64,000 bases of DNA from a virus (lineage: Duplodnaviria > Caudoviricetes). Below, in pieces: positions 58,001-64,000 of this stretch. Position numbers and translations under genes: made by a program. Where the stretch lies: positions 136,991-200,990 of the IMG/VR virus record IMGVR_UViG_3300029305_004606; one strand, given 5' to 3'. The notes beneath the pieces were generated by a model. The model worked only from the letters and a program-made list of their open reading frames with translations. It was not told the DNA's origin and made no database searches. The stretch's first letter is position 1, and each line of letters starts with the position of its first letter.

Positions 58001-58210
58001 TTAGAAGATTAAATACGTTGGATCGATCATTATATTATTATTTGTTAGAACTATAGGTCTACTTTTAAAGTTCTTTATTTCTATAGATGGTAGTATTATC
58101 TTTATTCCTTGAACTCCAATAGTCATATGATCATCTATTGGACATACTATCAGATCCTCCACTGTTATATCTCCCAATACATTTCTAATTTTATTTCCCA
58201 ATTTTGTCAT
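58001..58210 (-). CDS. Small hypothetical early protein
   Basis: 69 aa, AAAGGAGG SD, early promoter upstream. Confidence 0.7.
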   Translation of the reverse strand: MTKLGNKIRNVLGDITVEDLIVCPIDDHMTIGVQGIKIILPSIEIKNFKSRPIVLTNNNIMIDPTYLIF

Positions 58211-58235
58211 GATTATAAACCTCCTTTGTTATATA

Positions 58236-58252
58236 TCATAGATATAATATAT
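58236..58252 (-). promoter_or_regulatory. Early promoter
   Basis: Minus strand ATATATTATA-TCTA-TGA. Confidence 0.6.
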
Positions 58253-58284
58253 AATTCAAAATAAGAAGATTTACATTTACAAAA

Positions 58285-58917
58285 TTAATACTTAGAAATA
58301 GAATTATGAAGAACGTTATATAATAAATCCTCTACAATTTCTTTTGTTTTTGGAGATAATGCAGCTTTTTCATCTTTTGCATCATTTTCATACCATTTCA
58401 GTGTACTTGTACCGAATTTAAGACTCATCGCTTCCCAGTCACAAAGCATTTCTATAATTGCATCTAAACTCATATCCTGAGCAATGTTTGTTTCAGGATC
58501 TACCCAATGTTTTGGATGATGTTCATTAACTCTATAATGATGTTCCCAACACTTATCATATCTTTCAGATACAATTTGTTCAAATTCTTTATCTTCAGAC
58601 ATTTTAGCTTGTTCTGCTTTAGTAGCATACCATTTCATACGATATCCATCAAATTCACTGTCACTAAATTTGCTAGCATCATGAGTAGGAATTAAAGGAT
58701 GTAATCTTCTAATAGCTCCTATTAAATCTTCATCTGACACTAATGTAGAAATATTGTTCATGCTCAAAAGATTAAGCATATACATATTAAATGCTTTGTT
58801 TACAAAATCAATATGTTCTTTAATGTAATCAAGATACTCCTGTTCTTTTTCTAATCTTGTTGCAGAATCATCTTCAATCTGTGTAATTAAGGAATTTTCT
58901 GTAATAATAGTTCCCAT
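58285..58917 (-). CDS. HD-domain protein (DUF5662-like)
   Basis: 'H...V', 'HDASKFS..EF', 'WEHHYRVNEHHPKHW', 'EMLCDWEAMS'; ATG 58917 follows AAGGAGG. Confidence 0.7.
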   Translation of the reverse strand: MGTIITENSLITQIEDDSATRLEKEQEYLDYIKEHIDFVNKAFNMYMLNLLSMNNISTLVSDEDLIGAIRRLHPLIPTHDASKFSDSEFDGYRMKWYATKAEQAKMSEDKEFEQIVSERYDKCWEHHYRVNEHHPKHWVDPETNIAQDMSLDAIIEMLCDWEAMSLKFGTSTLKWYENDAKDEKAALSPKTKEIVEDLLYNVLHNSISKY

Positions 58918-59024
58918 AGTATAAACCTCCTTGAGTGATATAATTAATATAAAGTAAAATGTAGAAAATAATACAAATTTTGACATTAATATAAATTAGA
59001 CTTTTTTCAAAAAGGAGAAATACT

Positions 59025-59681
59025 ATGAACCCTGTAGAACAGATCAAAGGAATTAAAGATGTAAAAAGATTAGCTCAATTAATAGTACAGAGATCTTATT
59101 CAAAGAATGAAGATATAGATTTATTACAAAATAATGGTTATGATGAAGATTGTGCGACAGCATATATGGATGGATATGTAGATGGATTATCACATGTTTT
59201 ATCTTTTATTTATCCTAAATTAGATTTTGAATCATACATAGAAGCAATGATAAAAAATCCTGTTAAAGATATTAATATTGAAACTATTAAACCGGGTATG
59301 ATTATTGCAAGTAAAAAAGTTCCAGATTTTTGGAATAATCTCAATTTAGTCCTCAGTGTTCAAACAATTACAGAAGGTGTAAGTGTAACATTTGCTGCTT
59401 TAATATGTGAAGATTATCTTGAAAATAAATATAGATATGAAAGAAAATATGAAATTGAAATTTCCGGATTACCTACATTATATCCTCAAAAACTTGCTAT
59501 TGATTTGGGCACAATGTATCCTACAACTATGAAACAATCTCAGGGTAATGATATTGGAAAATATTTCTCTATAATACATCAAATTCCTGAAGAACAGGTT
59601 AATGAAATTATCAAAGCATATGAAGCTTATGATAAAGAAATGGGAGAATTGTATGACATTGCTACAAGAGAAAGTAAATAG
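59025..59681 (+). CDS. Hypothetical protein
   Basis: 218 aa, AAGGAG SD; GACA-N6-TA at 58982-58993. Confidence 0.75.
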   Translation: MNPVEQIKGIKDVKRLAQLIVQRSYSKNEDIDLLQNNGYDEDCATAYMDGYVDGLSHVLSFIYPKLDFESYIEAMIKNPVKDINIETIKPGMIIASKKVPDFWNNLNLVLSVQTITEGVSVTFAALICEDYLENKYRYERKYEIEISGLPTLYPQKLAIDLGTMYPTTMKQSQGNDIGKYFSIIHQIPEEQVNEIIKAYEAYDKEMGELYDIATRESK

Positions 59682-60129
59682 GATAACTTATAAACTTATA
59701 AAAGATGCTATGGGAAAGAAGGTGAATAATTTGTCTAAAAAATTAGAGTTATTAGATTGGCAGAATCATAAAATTATGTCTCCTGGAGAGATTCATAATC
59801 TTGACGAAACTCTTTTATGTCTTAGAAAAGTAGACGAATTAAGAGAGAAATATGATAAAATTGTTGCTGCTATAAACGAGTTACAAAGACAAAAGACTGC
59901 ACTTGAGAATAATAAACGTCATGTTATTAAAGAAATTTCTATCAATTTCTATTTTAATACTACCGATGCTGTTACTATTTTTCAGGATGATGTAAATAAA
60001 TATAATTCTGATGAATGCTTATCTGCAATTGGTAATCGTTTAGATGATATTATCGATATATTAATCGAAGATCATTATAAGAAATTAGAAGTTTTGACAG
60101 AAGAAATAAGACGTTTGTATAAATCTTAA
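59653..60129 (+). CDS. Hypothetical coiled-coil protein
   Basis: Start re-assigned to the ATG after GGAGA. Confidence 0.7.
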   Translation: MTLLQEKVNRITYKLIKDAMGKKVNNLSKKLELLDWQNHKIMSPGEIHNLDETLLCLRKVDELREKYDKIVAAINELQRQKTALENNKRHVIKEISINFYFNTTDAVTIFQDDVNKYNSDECLSAIGNRLDDIIDILIEDHYKKLEVLTEEIRRLYKS

Positions 60130-60146
60130 GTAAAGGATGATATATT

Positions 60147-60542
60147 ATGAACGATGGTACCATTATTAAATTCTCTGAAATTTCTGTAACTTTACCTTTT
60201 GATGATCAATCTGTCTGTTTATATAATAATATAAATTCTAACGATAGATTACCATCTATAGATCTTAATAAACTTGAAGGTAGTTTGATCTGTATGTATA
60301 ATTGTCCAGCTGGATATCTAAAAGAAATTATTATCAGCAACGATAAAAAACGTATAGAATGTATTATATCTCCAAGTTTAATGTTTGCTCAACATGCTAT
60401 GTTGAACCAATGCATAATATCTATGAAAATTGATATGAATAATCTTGCAGGATATGTTAAGAATATAGATGTAAAATTATCAATATATAATTTAATGATT
60501 GGGTTATTAGAAGATAAAGTTGAAGAATGTTGTTGTAATTAG
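60147..60542 (+). CDS. Hypothetical protein
   Basis: 131 aa, AAGGA SD. Confidence 0.7.
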   Translation: MNDGTIIKFSEISVTLPFDDQSVCLYNNINSNDRLPSIDLNKLEGSLICMYNCPAGYLKEIIISNDKKRIECIISPSLMFAQHAMLNQCIISMKIDMNNLAGYVKNIDVKLSIYNLMIGLLEDKVEECCCN

Positions 60543-60551
60543 AGCAAAGAT

Positions 60552-60587
60552 TAGGGATAGCTGGAAACAGCTATCCCTATTATTTTT
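60552..60587 (+). terminator. Intrinsic terminator
   Basis: TAGGGATAGCTG-GAAA-CAGCTATCCCTA followed by T tract. Confidence 0.8.
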
Positions 60588-60632
60588 ATTAATCAAGATA
60601 TAAACTTGTTACACTAAGATTTATAAAAATAT

Positions 60633-60664
60633 ATACTCTAGAGGTATTAACACCTCTAGAGTAT
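60633..60664 (-). terminator. Terminator closing cassette 1
   Basis: ATACTCTAGAGGT/ACCTCTAGAGTAT. Confidence 0.75.
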
Positions 60665-60693
60665 TATTGATTTTTAGCGAACACAAAAATATT

Positions 60694-61275
60694 TTATTTT
60701 AATACTGCATTAACAATACCAAAACGTATCCAGTTATTAGATGATGCAAGATTGTTAGTAAGCATTTCAATCGAAATGGAAGAGTATCCTGATATATTTA
60801 TTGAATAAGTAAATGTACCAGCTAACTCACATACATAATTTACAACAGTAGTAGAAGATGCTGTTTTTGTTTCAATTAAGGTGGATCCACTATAAATTTT
60901 AGTATATAAATATTTAGGTGCTGCATCACCTGTTGTATTTGAACTAATTGTTATTTCTAACGTACTGGCACCATTAGTATCAATAGCACCAGTTTTCATA
61001 GACCATGCTCCACCATTACCATTTACATGCCCTACAAGACCATATGTGTTTTTTCCATAAATATTTAGAGTACCAGTTCCCATTGAATGTCCTTGATAAG
61101 AAAAAGTAGGTGTAGTTATACCTGATTGTAATACACCATCCTTTACAATCCATTTTTCAGTTACAACTTGCCATACGGTAGTGTTATTGCATATCACTTT
61201 AGTTAAACTGGTACCATTGTATTTAATATTACCTGCTGCAGCAGGTATTTCAGTTCCATTAACTTTTATACTCAT
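60694..61275 (-). CDS. Putative tail-fibre tip adhesin / receptor-binding partner (cassette 1)
   Basis: N-terminal ~36 aa shared with 63444-63959; beta-rich variable C-terminus; GAGGTG SD just after the fibre fragment. Confidence 0.65.
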   Translation of the reverse strand: MSIKVNGTEIPAAAGNIKYNGTSLTKVICNNTTVWQVVTEKWIVKDGVLQSGITTPTFSYQGHSMGTGTLNIYGKNTYGLVGHVNGNGGAWSMKTGAIDTNGASTLEITISSNTTGDAAPKYLYTKIYSGSTLIETKTASSTTVVNYVCELAGTFTYSINISGYSSISIEMLTNNLASSNNWIRFGIVNAVLK

Positions 61276-61290
61276 ACTATCACCTCATCT

Positions 61291-61833
61291 CTATGAATAG
61301 GTAATAGTAAGAACAGTACCTGATAATGACATACTAATATTACTCTTTTTAGCATAGTTAGCAGTAGCTGCATATGTAGCAGATGTAGCACTGGTAGCTT
61401 TGCTAGGTGTAGCCCATTTACCATCGCCACGTAAGAAACTATCTTTAGTAGCAGTAGTAGCAGCAGGTACAGCACCAGCAGTTCCAGATGCTGCAGTAGT
61501 AGCTCCTTTATAATTAGGTATAGCTTTAGCATAATTAGCAGTACTAGAATAAGTAGCACTAGTAGCAGATGTAGCTTTAGCTGCAGAACCAGCATATGTT
61601 GCTGTACCTTCATGAGGTGTTGACCATGTACCATCACCTCTAAGGAATTTTAATCTAGTTGCAGTGGTAGCTGCAGGTACTAATCCTTTAGTTCCTGCTG
61701 CAGCTGTTGTAGCACCTTTATATTGAGGAGCATTCTTAGCATAATTAGCAGTAGAAGAATATACTGCTGATGTAGCACTAGTAGCTTTAGCTGCTACTTT
61801 AGTACCATCTCCATATCCAACTAAATCATTATT
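61291..61833 (-). pseudogene. Start-less tail-fibre C-terminal cassette 1 (180 aa, intact frame)
   Basis: NNDLVGYGDGTKVAAKATSATS...GLVPAA...FLRGDGTW...FLRGDGKW...SLSGTVLTITYS*; upstream in-frame TGA, no start codon or SD; missed by the ORF track. Confidence 0.8.
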
Positions 61834-61834
61834 A
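61736..61834 (-). repeat. 99-bp cassette anchor, copy 1
   Basis: 92/99 identical to 63220-63318 by manual alignment. Confidence 0.9.
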
Positions 61835-61885
61835 GATAATATTCAACTTTGTAATAAGGGGAGTCTTAAGAAAGGAGACTTTGTT

Positions 61886-62320
61886 ATGATATCAAATGAA
61901 ACCATAGTAGAAATACTTAAACATATATATTCTTATAGCGATTTAACAAAAACAGAAAGAGATTCTATAGATTTAATGATAGCTAACGAATTAGATTCAG
62001 TAAACTATTATGATAATCAATTTAAGATACTTCCTGTTACTAAACATGATTATGATCATTTACATTATAAAATAAAAAATGAATTCTTTGATGTATTTGT
62101 ATATCGTGATTATAATGTAGATAAAACAAATATGTATCAGATTGTAATGTGTAATAACTATACAGATATATATAATTTTGAAGATGGAAAATATGATAAT
62201 AGAATTAAAGTATGTTCTTTTAAAGTTCCTGTATCTATATTTTCTTTCTTTGACAATAGTATTATTGTAGTTAAAAATAGTTCATATTCTGAATGTAATT
62301 ATGATGAAATTGTTCTCTAG
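61886..62320 (+). CDS. Hypothetical protein between cassettes
   Basis: 144 aa, AAAGGAG SD, AACT-N6-TA promoter-like motif at 61845-61856. Confidence 0.75.
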   Translation: MISNETIVEILKHIYSYSDLTKTERDSIDLMIANELDSVNYYDNQFKILPVTKHDYDHLHYKIKNEFFDVFVYRDYNVDKTNMYQIVMCNNYTDIYNFEDGKYDNRIKVCSFKVPVSIFSFFDNSIIVVKNSSYSECNYDEIVL

Positions 62321-62340
62321 GGTGATAAACCCTAGAGAAC
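62312..62340. terminator. Bidirectional terminator closing cassette 2
   Basis: GTTCTCTAGGGT/ACCCTAGAGAAC. Confidence 0.75.
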
Positions 62341-62363
62341 TTTTTAATTTGATAAAGCGAACA

Positions 62364-63317
62364 CTATTGAGCATAAATTTGACATATACCAACAGCAACT
62401 GAAGGTTTATAAAATCCTGTAACTCGTCCTGTTGCTGTAATTGTTTGAGAAACAGTACTTTTAATTCTTACAATTTTATATGCAAATGTACCATTTCCTG
62501 CTACCATACTTCCTTGTTCAGTAATTACTTCAATAGTATTATTAGTTTTATTAGAAGTTACTGTAAATGATTGTATTCTCCAGTTCTGATTTGGATATGA
62601 TGAAGCATTTTGCCAGTTATCTGCAGAATATCCTGAAACTACAGCACCACAAGCTACACAAAACAGAATATATGTTTTTCCTGCCGCTAATGTTATACTT
62701 TTGGAAGCTGTTGCATCTCCTGTATTGACAGTAGTTACTTGAGGTGCTATTGCAGAAGCTAAACCAGACCAAGTAACAGACATTGAAGATGACTCTATAG
62801 ATGCTATTTTTCCAATAGCAGTAGCAATATCTGCAGGAGAATTACTTGCAGGCGTACTACCTTTAGCTGTAACCGCCTGCATTATTGTATTACAGCCACC
62901 CTGAAAAGACGTTTCTAATGCACCAATTTTTTGTACAATACCCTTTATATTGGTATATTGTGTTGTGGTGCTATCTTTATATCTAAAAATAATATTATCA
63001 TCTTCGTGATAAATATATGGAATAGCAGTACTAGATGTTCCAAAATGTAATCCAGGTAAATAAGCAGAACCATCTCCAAAACCGATTTTTCCAGTTTCTA
63101 ATGTACTAATACGAGAAGCTACTGTGGATGGTACAGCTTTAGCATAGTTAGCAGTACTAGAATAAGTAGCACTAGTAGCAGATGTTGCTTTAGATGCAGT
63201 AGTAGCACCAGCTGAAGATTTAGCATAATTAGCAGTAGAAGAATATACTGCTGATGTAGCACTGCTTGCTTTAGCAGCTACTTTAGTACCAGATCCATAT
63301 CCAGCTAAATCATTATT
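62364..63317 (-). pseudogene. Start-less tail-fibre C-terminal cassette 2 (317 aa, intact frame)
   Basis: Frame of ORF 62364-62882 stays open up to NNDLAGYGSGTKVAAKASSATS...; includes 'SFQGGCNTIMQAVTAKGSTPASNSPADIATAI' fibre motif; no ATG/GTG/TTG upstream before an in-frame TAA. Confidence 0.8.
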
Positions 63318-63318
63318 A
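63220..63318 (-). repeat. 99-bp cassette anchor, copy 2
   Basis: Direct repeat of 61736-61834. Confidence 0.9.
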
Positions 63319-63330
63319 AGAATTAAAATA

Positions 63331-63358
63331 TCTCCAGAGGTTTAAAAACCTCTGGAGA
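63331..63358 (-). terminator. Terminator closing cassette 3, 12 nt upstream of the cassette 2 anchor
   Basis: TCTCCAGAGGTT/AACCTCTGGAGA followed by TATTTT on the minus strand. Confidence 0.8.
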
Positions 63359-63443
63359 CGTATATTTTGACGAACACAAAATATATTGATTTTTAAAACA
63401 GTATTATATCATAATATCAAGATACATCCATTATTAAAAATCA

Positions 63444-63959
63444 TTATTCATTATAAAATTCAATAGAATATATTTTAAGCTCTGCTGTAAAATATGCTGT
63501 ACCATCTGTTGCATGTATATAAAAATTTATATTATCTCCAGATATATCAAAAACGATAGTTCTTCTTTCAGCCTGAGCTACAGATGTTGTATTATAAATA
63601 TGAAACTTATCAGTTACTGCTTGATAAGCTGAATATCCATCATATGCATAGTATTCAACTTTCATCTTATTACATCCACCTGTTGGTAAAGTTGCAGTTA
63701 ATCTAGTTTGTGCAGCATGACCAACATTTGGACTCTTTTTTGCATATAATCGAAGTTCATTTTGTAATATTTGATAATCATTATCATCTCCAGATTGAGT
63801 AGAATAAGTCCAATTATATTTTGTAAAATCTGTAATAGTATATGGTGTACTTGCTCCCCATACAACAACTTCGTTAGCAACAACTTTTGTAATATTAGTA
63901 TTATTTGCTTTTATAGTACCAGAAACCGGTATTTCAGTTCCATTAACTTTTATACTCAT
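63444..63959 (-). CDS. Putative tail-fibre tip adhesin / receptor-binding partner (cassette 3)
   Basis: MSIKVNGTEIP..G.IK.N.T..TKV..N...VW N-terminus; unrelated beta-rich C-terminus. Confidence 0.65.
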   Translation of the reverse strand: MSIKVNGTEIPVSGTIKANNTNITKVVANEVVVWGASTPYTITDFTKYNWTYSTQSGDDNDYQILQNELRLYAKKSPNVGHAAQTRLTATLPTGGCNKMKVEYYAYDGYSAYQAVTDKFHIYNTTSVAQAERRTIVFDISGDNINFYIHATDGTAYFTAELKIYSIEFYNE

Positions 63960-63971
63960 ACTATCACCTCT

Positions 63972-64000
63972 TTAAAATGTAATAGTAAGAGTAGTACCAG
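63972..64000 (-). CDS. 3' end of a third tail-fibre segment (runs off window)
   Basis: ...GTTLTITF* homologous to ...GTVLTITYS* of cassette 1, followed by the same GAGGTGATAGTATG junction. Confidence 0.7.

Noticed and set aside
342-58695. Numerous short antisense or overlapping ORFs in the track (e.g. 2925-3518, 17618-18070, 25036-25539)
   Set aside because: They lie within long genuine genes, lack SD sites and have shadow-frame composition.
61272-61637. 121-aa Leu-rich ORF in the supplied track
   Set aside because: Off-frame shadow of the Ala/Thr-rich fibre cassette (GCT/ACT codons read as Leu); the true frame is 61291-61833.
60678-63377. LexA (CGAAC-N4-GTTCG) boxes
   Set aside because: Only one half-site is present at each position.
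1-64000. Stop-codon reassignment as in some gut jumbo phages
   Set aside because: Coding density is high under the standard code, and TAG/TGA terminate genes cleanly before terminators or next starts.
60600-64000. CRISPR array or diversity-generating retroelement as explanation for the repeats
   Set aside because: No regularly spaced identical repeats, no reverse transcriptase in the window, and mismatches between copies are not adenine-specific.

Overview
AT-rich, gene-dense 64-kb segment of a jumbo myophage of the phiKZ/AR9(PBS1)-related type. The host is probably a Gram-positive (Firmicutes) bacterium, inferred from strong GGAGG Shine-Dalgarno (SD) sites and peptidoglycan hydrolase domains. 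The window holds tail/baseplate genes (3558-aa tape measure/tail lysin, wedge, gp25-like, tail chaperone) and a block of acidic inner-head proteins full of (I/L/V/M)-x-E prohead-protease-like sites. It also holds RusA, a Tad2/DUF2829 protein, a PIN-type nuclease, a GroEL-like chaperonin, a candidate AR9 gp226-like promoter-specificity subunit and a primase. Two phage promoter classes are readable by eye: late NAC(A/T)-N6-TA and early ATATA(T/A)TATA-N4-TGA. The most striking signal is at the right end (60.6-64 kb): a same-orientation array of tail-fibre C-terminal cassettes. The two complete ones lack a start codon and begin at the same 99-bp anchor, and two of the three carry a variable adhesin-like partner gene; together this suggests an archive for host-range switching. 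Other highlights are a likely -1 ribosomal frameshift in the tail chaperone, several structured RNAs (one with an anti-SD mimic), and head polyproteins that appear to carry protease-releasable cargo (Nudix domain, membrane-active peptides). All calls are from motif recognition and manual alignment; no database search or folding program was run.
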